Assembly: GCF_022045235.1 (NCBI RefSeq)
Contig: NW_027266286.1
Span: 1,191,856 to 1,255,855, forward strand
Direction of reading: 5' to 3'
Length of the DNA: 64,000 nucleotides
Source: Haliotis cracherodii
Taxonomy: Eukaryota
Below are positions 23,690 to 36,619 of this stretch, piece after piece (the stretch's first letter is position 1; the number at the start of each line of letters is the position of its first letter). The notes beneath the pieces were generated by a model. It did not search any database, was not told the DNA's origin, and saw only the letters and a program-made list of their open reading frames with translations. A program made the translations under genes and the position numbers.

Positions 23690-24125
23690 TCCTGTATGTC
23701 CTAGAGATGCTCTCCTGTATGTCCTAGAGATGCTCTCCCATATGTCCTAGAGATGCTCTCCCATACGTCCTAGAGATGCTCTCCTGTATGTCTTAGAGAT
23801 GCTCTCCTGTACGTCCTAGAGATGCGCTCCCATATGTTCTAGAGATGCTTTACTATATGTCTTAGAGATGCTCTCCTGTACGTCCTAGAGATGCTCTCCC
23901 ATATGTTCTAGAGATACTATCCTGTACATCCTAGAGATGCTCTCCTATATGTCCTAGAGATGCTCTGCCATACGTCCTAGAGATACTCTCCTGTACATCC
24001 TAGAGATGCTCTCCTGTATGTCCTAGATATGCTCTCCTGTATGTCCTAGATATGCTCTCCTGTACATCCTAGAGATGCTCTCCTGTATGTCCTAGAGATG
24101 CTCTCCTGTATGTCCTAGATATGTA
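23690..24125. repeat. 23-bp minisatellite ctagagatgctctcctgtatgtc (about 19 units), ending about 60 bp before the exon B acceptor
   Basis: Tandem copies visible. Confidence 0.85.
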
Positions 24126-24187
24126 TGACAGTGATACAGCTATCCACATACTCTGTGTTCATGTTAAGACGATGTGTGTGTTTCCAG

Positions 24188-24322
24188 GACAACCGCAGCA
24201 TCACGCCGCTGACCCTCGGCCGCATCTCCTCCTACTACTACCTCAACCACAACACTGTGCGCATGTTCTGTAACGAACTCAAGGCTGAGTCGACACTGCC
24301 AGAACTCTTGGACATCTTGTCT
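24188..24322 (+). CDS. SNRNP200: SNRNP200 exon; DNRSITPLTLGRISSYYYLNHNTVRMFCNELKAESTLPELLDILS
   Basis: Acceptor tgtgtgtttccag|gac, donor TCT|gtaagt, 45 codons in phase 0. Matches human [43 protein letters not shown]. Confidence 0.88.
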
Positions 24323-25390
24323 GTAAGTCCAGGTCTACACTGAAACCTCCATAATCCACACCTTGTCAGTCCAGACCTTGCTAATCTGGACCTTGCCAGT
24401 ACTTCATACCCATGTTCAGAGATCTTGTACCCGAAACACTGTCACTGGTGCACCGTCATCCTATATTAAACACTCAGTCGATATTTAGAGTGAAATGATT
24501 ATTAAATGGGTTCCCACTCGCTGGCAGTGTGGGTTCGAATCCCGGATGGGACTCAGCCCAAAGAAGCTCTAGAATCTGTACTTTACTAAGAAAGTATATA
24601 ACATTTGTCACATTTGACCACTTTCTAAACCAGGCATTGTGTATCATAATATAAGTCTTGTAAAGAGGCAGCTCCACCCACTGTGATTATATACACATTA
24701 TCATAAATATCAAGGTCAATAGTTGATTACAAGGATTGGGACACAAAGAATATTCACCTTATTTTTATACCCCCGACAAAATGTCGGGGGTATATAGTTA
24801 TACCAAGGTTCCGTCCGTCCGTCTGTCCAAAAACTTTGTCCGCACGATTTCTCTTAAACTGTTCAGGGGATTAATCTCAAACTTAGTACATATAATCTGT
24901 GTCATATGGAGGGGTGCAGCCCAAAGAAAAAAAATTGTTTTTATTAATTTTCCATTTTTTTAAAGAATTTTTCAAACCCCAACAGCCGTCCGAAAACTTT
25001 GTCCTCGCAATTTCTCTTAAACTATTCAGGGGATTCATCTCAAACTTAATACATATAATCTGTGTCATATGAAGGGGTGCAGTCCAAAGAAAAACATTTT
25101 TTTAAATTAATTTTCCATTTTGTTTATGAATTTTTCAAACCCTAGGCTAACCCTATCCTAGCTATTTGATTTGTAACTACTGACACACTAGGCGGGTTGG
25201 GGGTATTAGTGAGCCATGCTCACTTTTGCACTTGTTAGTAGCAGAATTAGCAACAAAGAAAGACTTATATGATCTCACAACTGACTTTGTGACCTTCTTT
25301 AGAATTGCCTCCCTAGATTGGTGCAGCTGGATCAGAATAACATGTTCTTGTTTGGAGCAGTGATGTCCCATTTTTTCTGTTAATTCCCAG

Positions 25391-25446
25391 AATGCCCACG
25401 AGTATGCGGAGCTCCCAGTCCGCCACAATGAGGACCAGATCAACAG
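25391..25446 (+). CDS. SNRNP200: SNRNP200 exon; NAHEYAELPVRHNEDQIN(+ag)
   Basis: Acceptor ttaattcccag|aat, donor ACAG|gtaggt. Matches human [20 protein letters not shown]. Ends in phase 2. Confidence 0.85.
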
Positions 25447-25785
25447 GTAGGTGGCTTGTTTTCAGTCATCTGACATCTTTTTGAAAACTACACGGCCAGT
25501 GGAGCTGAAACGTGAGGCTGTGAAAAGAATGTGAGTTAAGATGTCTTTGACTTTGTTGAACAAGGCCCAGTTCTTCAGGTATGTCAGGAGTGTTGTCAGT
25601 CAGCTCGATGTGCAGGAAGAACCAGGTCTTAGACGTTTGTCACTTGGTGTCACCTGCTGGTATGGTTTTGACGCTGACAAATACAATCATTATCAGGACG
25701 ACTCTGGCACTTAACCCATGATTATCGGACTGCACTGCACAGCAAATGAGGCACTGATTGTTATGTTTGTTATGTTTCCTGGTAG

Positions 25786-25954
25786 CGACCTGGCCCAGAA
25801 GGTCCCCCTGGCGGTGAACCCCCACTCGTACGACTCCGCCCACACCAAAACCCACATCCTGCTGCAGGCTCACTTCTCCCAGATGCAGCTGCCGTCCACC
25901 GACTACTACACCGATACCAAGTCTGTCCTGGACCAGGCTATCAGGATCCTCCAG
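25786..25954 (+). CDS. SNRNP200: SNRNP200 exon; (S)DLAQKVPLAVNPHSYDSAHTKTHILLQAHFSQMQLPSTDYYTDTKSVLDQAIRILQ
   Basis: Acceptor tttcctggtag|c, donor CAG|gtgggt. Strong match to human [54 protein letters not shown]. GC-rich codon usage versus AT-rich flanks. Confidence 0.9.
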
Positions 25955-25959
25955 GTGGG

Positions 25960-28900
25960 TCACCTCAACCTCCCCTCAACCCCATCAAAGCCCTCAACTT
26001 CCCACAACCCCCCTCAACTTCCCACAAACCCCACAACTTCCCACAACTCTCCTCAATCCCCCTCAACCTCCCCTCAACCCCCTTTAACTCCCCTCAATCC
26101 CCCCTCAAGTCCCCTCAACTCCCCATAATTCCCCTCAACTCCTCATAACTCAACTCAACCTCCCCCCCACCCCCGTCAAACCAACACCCCTCAACCCCAC
26201 AACTCCCTTAGTCCCTGAATCCCTGAATCCCCTTCTCAACCAGCTCACACTTCTTACACACAACCTAAAATCCCTCAGACCCTTCAACACCACTCAAACA
26301 CCCTCACACAACCTCAAACAGCTCAAACTCACACCCCACAAGCCCCTACCCCTCACCCATCTCATCTCTCAGTGATGGACCAAGCCACCCTAGCACACCC
26401 TAGCACATCCCAACACACCCCAGCACACCCCAGCACACCCTAGCATGCCCTAGCACATTAGCACACCCTAGCACACCATAGCACACCCCAGTACACCCTA
26501 TCATGCCCTAGCACACCCTAGCACACCCCAGCACACCCTAGCATGCCCTAGCATGCCCTAGTACACCCTAGCACACCCTAGCATGCCCTAGTACACCCTA
26601 GCACACCCTAGCACACCCTAGTACACCCCAGTACACCCTAGCACACCCCAGTACACCCTAGCATGCCCTAGTACACCCTAGCACACCCTAGCACACCCTA
26701 GCACACCCCAGTACACCCTAGCATGCCCTAGTACACCCTAGCACACCCTAGCACACCCTAGCATGCCCTAGCACACCCTAGCACACCCCAGTACACCCTA
26801 GCACACCCTAGCACGCCCTAGCACACCCTAGCATGCCCTAGCACACCCTAGCACACCCCAGTACACCCTAGCATGCCCTAGTACACCCTAGCACACCCTA
26901 GTACACCCTAGCATGCCCTAGCATGCCCTAGCACACCCTAGCATGCCCTAGTACACCCTAGCACACCCTAGTACACCCTAGCATGCCCTAGCACACCCTA
27001 GCACACCCCAGTACACCCTAGCATGCCCTAGCACACTCCAGTACACCCTAGCATGCCCTAGCACACCCCAGCACACCCCAGTACACCCTAGCACACCCTA
27101 GCATGCCCTAGCACACCCCAGTACACCCTAGCATGCCCTAGTACACCCTAGCACACCCTAGCACACCCCAGTACACCCTAGCATGCCCTAGTACACCCTA
27201 GCACACCCTAGCACACCCCAGTACACCCTAGCATGCCCTAGTACACCCTAGCACACCCCAGTACACCCTAGCACACCCCAGTACACCCTAGCATGCCCTA
27301 GTACACCCTAGCACACCCTAGCACACCCTAGTACACCCTAGCACACCCTAGCACACCCTAGCATGCCCTAGTACACCCTAGCACACCCCAGTACACCCTA
27401 GCATGCCCTAGTACACCCTAGCACACCCTAGCACACCCTAGCACACCCTAGTACACCCCAGTACACCCTAGCACACCCCAGTACACCCTAGCATGCCCTA
27501 GTACACCCTAGCACACCCTAGCATGCCCTAGCACACCCTAGCACACCCAGGCACACTCCAGTACACCCTAGCATGCCCTAGTACACCCTAGCACACCCTA
27601 GCACACCCTAGCACACCCTAGTACACCCCAGTACACCCTAGCACACCCCAGTACACCCTAGCATGCCCTAGTACACCCTAGCACACCCTAGCACACCCTA
27701 GCATGCCCTAGCACACCCTAGCACACTCCAGTACACCCTAGCATGCCCTAGCACACCGTAGCACACTCCAGTACACCCTAGCACACCCTAGCACACCCTA
27801 GCATGCCCTAGCACACCCTAGCACACCCCAGTACACCCTAGCACACCCTAGCACGCCCTAGCACACCCTAGCATGCCCTAGCACACCCTAGCACACCCCA
27901 GTACACCCTAGCATGCCCTAGTACACCCTAGCACACCCTAGTACACCCTAGCATGCCCTAGCACACCCTAGCATGCCCTAGTACACCCTAGCACACCCTA
28001 GCACACCCTAGTACACCCTAGCATGCCCTAGCACACCCTAGCACACCCCAGTACACCCTAGCATGCCCTAGCACACTCCAGTACACCCTAGCATGCCCTA
28101 GCACACTCCAGTACACCCTAGCATGCCCTAGCACACCCCAGCACACCCCAGTACACCCTAGCACACCCTAGCATGCCCTAGCACACCCTAGCACACCCCA
28201 GCACACTCCAGCACACCCTAGCACACCCCAGTACACCCTAGCACACCCTAGCACGCCCTAGCACACCCTAGCACACCCCAGTACACCCTAGCATGCCCTA
28301 GCACACCCTAGCACACCCCAGTACACCCTAGCATGCCCTAGCACACCCCAGCACACCCCAGTACACCCTAGCATGCCCTAGCACACCCCAGTACACCCTA
28401 GCATGTCCTAGCACACCCTAGCACACCCCAGCACACCCCAGTACACCCTAGCACACCCCAGTACACCCTAGCATGTCCTAGCACACCCTAGCACACCCCA
28501 GCACACCCCAGTACACCCTAGCACACCCTAGCATGCCCTAGCACACCCTAGCACACCCCAGTACACCCTAGCATGCCCTAGCACACCCTAGCACACCCTA
28601 GCATGCCCTAGCACACCCCAGTACACCCCAGTACACCCTAGCACACCCTAGCATGCCCTAGCACACCCTAGCACACCCCAGTACACCCCAGTACACCCTA
28701 GCATGCCCTAGCACACCCTAGCACACCCCAGTACACCCTAGCACACCCTAGCATGTCCTAGCACACTCTAGCACACCCTAGCACGTCCCAGTACACCCTA
28801 GCACACCCTAGCATGTCCTAGCATGCCCTAGCACACCCTAGCACACCCCAGCACACTCCAGCACGCCCTAGCACACCCTAGCACACCCCAGCACACCCCA

Positions 28901-28990
28901 GCACACCCTAGCACACCCCAGCACACTCCAGCACGCCCTAGCACACCCTAGCACACCCCAGCACACTCCAGTACACCCTAGCAGACTCCA
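25960..28990. repeat. Degenerate (cccctcaaY)n tract, then a 2.6 kb array of 10-bp cctagcacac variants (cctagtacac, cctagcatgc), in the SNRNP200 D-E intron
   Basis: Visible periodicity at 26340-28990. ORFs 25718..26128 and 28868..29101 are artefacts. Confidence 0.85.
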
Positions 28991-29809
28991 GCACGCCCAT
29001 TCCCACTCCACCCACTCTCCACTCCACAACCATTTCTTTCCCTGAGAACCATGTTCAACAAGTGTAGCTCCTTCCAGGCATGTGACACCTTCGGTACACA
29101 CTCGGTATCATCGCTGCCACCAGTGTGGGCGCGGCCATTACAAAAATCTTGAAATTTGGCCTCTAACCCCAAATGTAGTAAAGTTTATACTTTTGTTAAT
29201 GTCTTTGGGAATGCCATCACAGTTAATTTTGAAAAGGTTTACGACTGATCATATTTCCCAGATGAATTTACATTTTTGTTTGATTGATCGGATTGGTTCG
29301 AGATTGCAGACAAACAGAAATTCAACCAACTTCCCCCTTAATATAACAAATGTTATATTTGGGATAACACTTTCTTTGTATAGTACAGATTCTCGTACTT
29401 GTTTAGGTTGAGTTCCACCCACACATGCCAGAGTGAGGCACCTTATCGCCAGCACACAAAGCCACCAATCTAACCCACTCAGCCACCGAGGCTTCCACAA
29501 AATGAAAGTCCAACAACTGGTAGTCTAGATCACGTACTTTGTGTACCCCTCTGAACAAATTTCTGTGCAAATTGGCACAGCTCCCATGGCCGAAAGCTAT
29601 GAATACTCATTGCATTTAGAAAGTGGTCAAATGTACATTCTTATTTTACCAGTTACATGATAGTTGTAATGAAAATAGAAATTCAAACTGGGAAACAAAG
29701 AAAATAATTAAGCTGGGGTAAGAGTATTCAGCGTCACGGCAGTCATCAATTGTTTCTAAACATAACTGTCAGTCGACTGCGAGTTCAACACCAAGCATGG
29801 TTGTAGCCA

Positions 29810-30300
29810 CCTATCGCAGTAGGGAGCTTTGACTGATGGTAGCAATAGTATAGAGAGCACCGCGAACGGGATATATCTGTGAGGAGTTTTGACTGGTGGC
29901 AGCAATAGTATAGAGAGCGCCGCTAAAGGGATATCTGTGAGGAGCTTTGACTGTTGGCAGCAATAGTATAGAGAGCTCCGTGAATGGGATATCTCTGTGA
30001 GGAGCTTTGACTGGTGGCAGCAATAGTATAGAGAGCACAGCGAACGGGATATATCTGTGAGGAGTTTTGACTGGTGGCAGCAATAGTATAGAGAGCGCCG
30101 CGAACGGGATACATCTGTGAGGAGCTTTGACTGGTGGCAGCAATAGTATAGAGAGCTCCGTGAACGGGATATCTCTGTGAGGAGCTTTGACTGGTGGCAG
30201 CAATAGTATAGAGAGCTCCGCGAACGGGATATCTGTGAGGAGCTTTGACTGGTGGCAGCAATAGTATAGAGAGCTCTGTGAATGGGATATCTCTGTGAGG
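29810..30300. repeat. About 59-bp minisatellite gagctttgactggtggcagcaatagtatagagagcNccgYgaacgggatatctctgtgagga (about 8 units)
   Basis: Periodic ORFs on the minus strand (29756..30391 etc.). Confidence 0.8.
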
Positions 30301-30431
30301 AGCTTGCCAGCAAGCAGTCAAAGAGAGACAACTCTTTCAACACTAGGACATGTGCTCCTGTTTTGGTTTGGTTTGGGGTCAGACGCTGCAACAGCTGTAG
30401 TTTCTAATTTGCTTCTAATGTCACCTCACAG

Positions 30432-30583
30432 GCCATGCTGGATGTGTCAGCGGACCAGGGATGGTTGGCGACGTCACTGCGGGTGATTCAACTGATCCAG
30501 ATGGTGGTGCAAGGTCGATGGCTGGAGGACTCGACCCTCCTCACCCTCCCTAACGTCATGCCCTACCATGTGTACTGCTTCAG
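30432..30583 (+). CDS. SNRNP200: SNRNP200 exon; AMLDVSADQGWLATSLRVIQLIQMVVQGRWLEDSTLLTLPNVMPYHVYCF(+ag)
   Basis: Acceptor cacctcacag|gcc, donor CAG|gtacgt. Matches human [50 protein letters not shown]. Phase 0 continuity with the previous exon (..AIRILQ|AM..). Confidence 0.88.
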
Positions 30584-31800
30584 GTACGTAGAGTCCCATC
30601 ATGCACTGCTTCAGGTACGTACAGTCCCATCATGCACTGCTTCAGGTACGTACAGTCCCATCATGCCCTGCTTCAGGTATATACAGTCCCATCATGCACT
30701 GCTTCAGGTACGTACAGTTCCGTCATGCACTGCTTCAGGTATATACAGTCCCATCATGCACTGCTTCAGGTACGTACAGTCCCATCATGCACTGCTTCAG
30801 GTACGTACAGTCCCATCATGCCCTGCGTCAGGTACGTACAGTCCCATCATGCACTGTGTCAGGTATGTATACTCCCATCAGGCACTGTGTCAGTTATGTA
30901 CAGTCCCATCATGCCTAGCGTTAGTTATGTACACTCCCATCATGCACTGTGTCAGTTACATACAGTCCCATCATGCACTGCCTCAGTTATGTACACTCCC
31001 ATCATGCACTGCCTCAGTTATGTACACTCCCATCATGCACTGCCTCAGTTATGTACACTCCCATCATGCACTGCATCAGTTACGTACACTCCCATCATGC
31101 ACTGTGTCAGTTACGTACACTCCCATCATGCACTGCCTCAGTTATGTACACTCCCATCATGCACTGCATCAGTAACGTACACTCCCATCATGCACTGTGT
31201 CAGGTATGTACACTCCCATCATGCCCTGCCTCAGTTATGTACACTCCCATCATGCACTGTGTCAGGTATGTACACTCCTATCATGCACTGCCTCAGTTAT
31301 GTACACTCCCATCATGCACTGCGTCAGTAACGTACACTCCCATCATGCCCTGCCTCAGTTATGTACACTCCCATCATGCACTGCCTCAGTTACGTACAGT
31401 CCCATCATGCTCTGCCTCAGTTATGTACACTCCCATCATGCACTGCGTCAGGTACGTAAGCTCCCATCATGCACTGCCTCAGTTATGTACACTCCCATCA
31501 TGCACTGCCTCAGTTACGTACAGTCCCATCATGCACTGCCTCAGTTATGTACACTCCCATCATGCACTGCCTCAGTTACGTACACTCCCATCATGCACTG
31601 CCTCGGGTACGTACACTCCCATCATGCCCTGCCTCAGTTATGTACACTCCCATCATGCCCTGCCTCAGTTACGTACACTCCCATCATGCACTGCCTCGGG
31701 TACGTACACTCCCATCATGCCCTGCCTCAGTTATGTACACTCCCATCATGCCCTGCCTCAGTTACGTACACTCCCATCATGCACTGCGTCAGGTATGTAC
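30571..31800. repeat. 31-bp minisatellite (about 39 units) derived from the exon E 3' end plus donor (catgcactgcttcag|gtacgtacagtcccat). It fills essentially the whole 1.26 kb E-F intron.
   Basis: Authentic junction is ..tgtactgcttcag|gtacgtagagtcccat. Proximal units keep CAG|GTACGT; most distal units have CAG|TTATGT or CAG|TTACGT (GT lost). Confidence 0.9.
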
Positions 31801-31845
31801 ACTCCTACTGTATAAAGTGACAGACAGGACATGTTGTTTGTTCAG

Positions 31846-31996
31846 GCCCCGAGGTGGAGGCGCCAGGCAGAAAGGTTTCCCAGAGCTGCGAGGACCAATC
31901 GAAACTCTCCCAGAGCTTGTGGCGGTGTGTGAGGGGAAGTTTGAGGCCCTGGCTGCCATGTTGAATGGTGAAATGAACCAGACAGAGATTGATCAG
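31846..31996 (+). CDS. SNRNP200: SNRNP200 exon; (R)PRGGGARQKGFPELRGPIETLPELVAVCEGKFEALAAMLNGEMNQTEIDQ
   Basis: Acceptor tgtttgttcag|g, donor CAG|gtgagg. Starts in phase 1 and ends in phase 0. Corresponds to human ..[32 protein letters not shown]. Confidence 0.8.
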
Positions 31997-32026
31997 GTGA
32001 GGTCTTGTCTTACTCTTGTAGGGGAC

Positions 32027-32150
32027 AGTGAGTGTGTGAGTGAGTGAGTGAGTGAGTGAGTGAGTGAGTGAGCCCAGAAATGGGCTTCACATATTGTACC
32101 CATGTCGGGAATCGAACCCGGGTCTTTGGCATGACGAGCAAACGGTTTAA
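32027..32150 (-). mobile_element. SINE family A copy, 5'-truncated, 30 bp downstream of the SNRNP200 exon F donor
   Basis: (gagt)n tail, then RC of the body (cccagaaatgggcttcacatattgtacccatgtcgggaatcgaacccgggtc..). Lacks the tRNA head. Confidence 0.5.
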
Positions 32151-32341
32151 CTTCTGTGATGTATGTATTAACAGTTGACTTCTTTGATGTATGTATTAAC
32201 AGTTTACTTCTTTGATGTATGTATTAACAGTTTACTTCTTTGATGTATGTATTAACTGTTCACTTCTTTGAAATAAGTGATGATTTTAGAAATCATGTGG
32301 ACAGGTGTTTGTAGCAACAATGGTTATAATTTTCACTTCAG

Positions 32342-32456
32342 GTGTACCTCGTATTGAGTCGTCTGCCACAAATCCAGGTCTCTATCAAGGTCAAGGGATT
32401 CTGGGAAGGGTCAGAGGGGAAGGAGGAGGCGAGAATGGTCAATCTGTCCAACACAG
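32342..32456 (+). CDS. SNRNP200: SNRNP200 exon; VYLVLSRLPQIQVSIKVKGFWEGSEGKEEARMVNLSNT(+g)
   Basis: Acceptor tttcacttcag|gtg, donor ACAG|gtaggg. RLPQIQVSIKV matches human RYPNIELSYEV. The track ORF 32342..32653 reads through into the intronic (GAT)n. Confidence 0.82.
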
Positions 32457-32554
32457 GTAGGGCATGTTTCATTTCGGGGAACTGTTCCATATTCCTTGTT
32501 CCGGTAGCATCCACGCCTACATCCGGATGTCTGGAATTTGTTGATTGTACTACT

Positions 32555-32597
<43 letters not shown>

Positions 32598-32721
32598 TCG
32601 ATGCTGATGATGATGATGTTGATGCTGATGAGGAGGAGGATGAGGAGGAATGAACATAATGGGGATGATGTTGTGACAGTGGCAGTGACGATGTAACTTT
32701 ATGCAGAGATGTTGATAATGA

Positions 32722-33052
32722 GGTGAGGTGAGGTGAAATTGGGTTTACCGTCGTGTCCAAGATTATTGCACTTATATAGCGAGCGTGTGTGCGTGCGTGC
32801 GTGTGGACTGATGCCGATTTATGGGCTATCTCACTGAGATACCATGCAGCAGTTTAACATGAATACCGAACTCTGACACAGTATACTGACTCTGAGCCAA
32901 CCAGTCCTTGTTGTAGCCCCTTAATGCCGAGCGCCAGACAGGGTAACAACAAGTACAATCTTTTAATGTCTTTTGGTATGACATGGCCGGGGATTGAACC
33001 CCGGGTCTTCCGCTCTCCGGACGGACGCTCTACCCGGGAGGCGGTCTCCGTG
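32722..33052 (-). mobile_element. SINE family C copy in the SNRNP200 intron
   Basis: Reverse complement of the family-C consensus. Head lies at 32985-33052, (gt)n at 32783-32806, and 3' end at about 32722. Confidence 0.55.
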
Positions 33053-33316
33053 ATGATGATGGCTTGGTAATGATCACAATGTTGATGACAGTGACATACT
33101 GACAACGATGACAATGTTGATGATGCTGACCATTTTAACGAAGATGACCCTGTTTACGACAGTGATGACCATTTTGACGAAGATGACCCTGTTTACGACA
33201 GTGATGATCATATTAACGATGATGATCATGTTTACGACAGTGATGCCCAACTAACACGAAAATGTTTTAAAAACATCCCTAAAACATTTTACGAAACGTT
33301 TTCTGGGAACATTTGT

Positions 33317-33870
33317 TTATAACATTTCCAGAATGTTTTGAAAACGAACCAGAGTGTTGAAGAATCTCAGCGTGTTGCTGCCAATGTTCACAATGTACAA
33401 CACCAAGTCACTGTTATACAAGATACAAATGATTAGGACAAATAGTCCCAGACTGTACACCCCCCAGGCATGCGCTGCAGAAAACACAATACCAGTGACC
33501 GACATGGTGACCCATGCCAAGGACCGACATGGTGACCCATGCCAAGGACCGACATGGTGACCCATGCCAAGAACCGACATGGTGTCACATGCCAATGACC
33601 GACATGGTAACCCATGCCAATGACCGACATGGTAACCCATGCCAAGGACCGACATGGTGACCCATGCCAAGGACCGACATGGTGACACATGCCAAGGACC
33701 GACATGGTGACACATGCCAATGACCGACATGGTGACCCATGCCAAGGACCGACATGGTGACCCATGCCAAGGACCGACATGGTGACCCATGCCAAGGACC
33801 GACATGGTAACCCACGCCATGGTAACCCAACAAGACAGGCATAAGACGATAGGGCAGGCATACAACACAT
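33317..33870. repeat. 25-bp minisatellite gacatggtgacccatgccaaggacc (about 20 units) inside the GIY-YIG element
   Basis: Periodic 25-aa ORFs on the minus strand (33317..33868 etc.). Confidence 0.8.
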
Positions 33871-33938
33871 ACAGAAATAATTAAGTATTGTAGTGGCAGT
33901 AAAATGTACAATACATATAATTGTATAAAATAATTCAA

Positions 33939-34325
33939 TTATTTCACACCATTTAATTTTGGTTTGAAAGTATTACTAAAATAAATTTCTTTTATCTTTC
34001 TCAGTGCATCATTGTCACATTTGTAAAACGGGAATATCACAAAATGTGGTGTTTTATTCCCGGCACACTGACTGAGTGGGATACACCAACAAGAGAGGTC
34101 CCTTATTTGTTGTCGGTGGACCCTCACTCTCGCTCTTAGGGTGTTCCCTGTCTGTCCAATGTATTCGGCCTTGCATCCAGCACATTGTAGGACATAAATC
34201 AAGTTTTTCGAAGCACAATTCATATTTTCATGGACATAGAAAGTTTTTCCGTCTTTGAATGTAAAAGAACAACATTGTAAAACATGAGGGCAAGTACCAC
34301 GATTTGGTCTGTTACACTTTTGCAC
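33939..34325 (-). pseudogene. GIY-YIG nuclease domain ORF fragment (..CPHVLQCC..KTFYVHENMNCASKNLIYVLQCAGCKAEYIGQTGNTLRARVRVHRQQI..)
   Basis: Conserved spacing of the GIY..YIG..R..H motif, with an upstream Cys cluster as in Penelope-like endonuclease domains. Upstream ORF pieces (34891..35139, 35155..35403) are in different frames. Confidence 0.55.
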
Positions 34326-36619
34326 TGTTTTACATTCTTGTTTTCCATTTGAGAAAGAAGCCCTAGTAAGAATCTGTTTCAGATTTTGACTGTCATTTAC
34401 TTTTAATAAGTTTATTTTGTGATATTTTTTGTTTTAGTTCTTTACACTTATTTAAGGAATACAGTGATTCCCGAACACTTCGAAATATTTTGGGGAGTTT
34501 TGGGGATTAAAGGTTGTAACAAAAGGGAGAACACTCTCGTTAGGTTTATCTTTAGGTTTTAAAAGATCACAACGGTTTTGTGATTTAGCCTTGTTTATTG
34601 CGTCTTCCACTATTTTTCTAGGGTAGTTTCTTTCTAATAGTGATTCCCTCAGTTCATCGAGTTTGTGTTGTGCACTATTGTGCAGATTTTACGTGCTAAT
34701 GAGTAAGGGACATTGTTTATGGTTTGGGCTTCTTTGGCGACCTTGGCCTTGCTGTCTCCCCTGGTTGGAAGATCTGCCTTCAGTGATGTTGATTGTTCAG
34801 GGGGGGTCTTCATCCCCGGGACGTTGTACTTCTTCTGAATGTACAGTTCTGTGTTGGAGGACCTCTGAGAGTCAGTTTCACAGAATGTGATTAGGGTGGT
34901 TTTATTTTTGTCACGTCAGCATAAGATTTCCCCTCAGTTCTTAGATTTTTTAGGAAGTGATTTTCTTCTTTTGAGTTGACGTTTAAGGTATAGATTGTAT
35001 GCCGTTTCTTGTTTTTCTCTAATCGCTTGTTAGATATTTCTTCTTCAATCTGACATACTCTTTCCCATTCTTTCTGCAACAATTCAAGTACTTTTCCCTT
35101 TGTTGTTTTCACAAGTTCTTCAATGATTTCTGCATTCATTTCTTTGAATTTCAGTTAATGGGACTCCACACGCAGTCGTAAAAGTTCAATTACACTTTTC
35201 ATGGAATCTATGGCATGTTTTTCTCTAAGGACACGCTGTGTGTCGGGTTCCCCCTTCATAGGCTTGATTTGGAATTTAGGAGGTATGATCCGTTTTGCCC
35301 CTAAGAGCCATTTTAGATACATGTCTGCTAGATTGGAATTGTTTAAATAACCCCAGTATGCTTGTTTCCATTTCGTTAGAATGGAACTGCGTACTTGATT
35401 CATGGATACTTGTATCTCAGATGCTTTTCTTTCTGTTATTATTTTTACTGAGTCTTCAATAAGGTTTGCTTGAAGAATGGCTTCATTAGCCGAGACATAA
35501 GTGTGAAGCTAATTAAAGGTCTTCATTGATGAAATAATAATAATGTTCTGTACAGTATTCAAATATCAAGTGGTGTGCAAGTCCATGCGCGGCTACATGT
35601 ATTTTCATGGTTGTTTACACGACGGCCTTTATGCACTGTGAACTTCATTTCAATGCAACATTCAATAATGCAACTATTACTAACAATGGATTGCAACGAC
35701 AGATCAAGTTTGAAAAGAGCTTGGTATCAAACAAACTGTGACATTAACATTATGAGGTCGGCCCGCGAGAAACACCTGGTTGTATTCGCCAACTTGAGTA
35801 CAGCAGTGGCCCTCTGTATTTCTACCCAAGATGATCTGCCACAAGCTGACTTCTGGAATACATGTTACGCTCTGCATTCAACACGGGTAAAAGTCATTCG
35901 TTGCTGATGTGAATTTGATGATTGTTCAAGTACTGTACTATTTTCCGCATATGCAGATTGCAGATTGAAGTTATCACTTCGATCACTGCTTCATGTGTAG
36001 GTTGGTGTCTGGTGCAGTTGTTAGGCTTTCGGGAATGTTATCGTCTAACCCCCTCAGCCACTGAGGCTAGTCATGAAAAATAATTAAATGTGAGAGAATG
36101 TGTCTTGTACCATAGATCTATATTTATTCACTTCTCAACGGTCTCTCTCACGCCCCCGCAAAATATGCGCAACAATGTAATATCCTGTGACACTATCTGT
36201 GATCAGCAACAAACAAATCCTGTGAAGTTTTGTCTTACTCATGTCTGCTATATTTTCTTTAGACATTTAGTGTACAGAAAATGTTCTATTACTGCATTAC
36301 CAATCGGGTAACAATTTGAATAATTATAAAACATTTACACCTTATTCGGATGATTTTACATGTGTGGACACAATGTATTTGAAACATGATAACATTTCAT
36401 TAAATATGTTCTGGCAAAACATTTCTGCAACGTGCTGAAAACATTGTAACAACATGTTATGAAATAGTTTTGACTATGTTATAGCATCATGTTCTTCAAC
36501 AACATTTTGAAAATATTTCAATAACATTTTGAATACATTTATAACACATTAATAAAATGTTTTGACAAAAATCGTTTTGAAAAACTACAATGAAACCTTT
36601 TGAAATTGTTTTGAAAATG

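Noticed and set aside
30435-31820. ORFs 30435..31175, 30949..31815 etc. extending exon E into the 31-bp array
   Set aside because: Only the first 152 nt (30432-30583) match SNRNP200. The remainder is the donor-derived array read through in three frames. Splicing at 30583 to 31846 restores the conserved protein.
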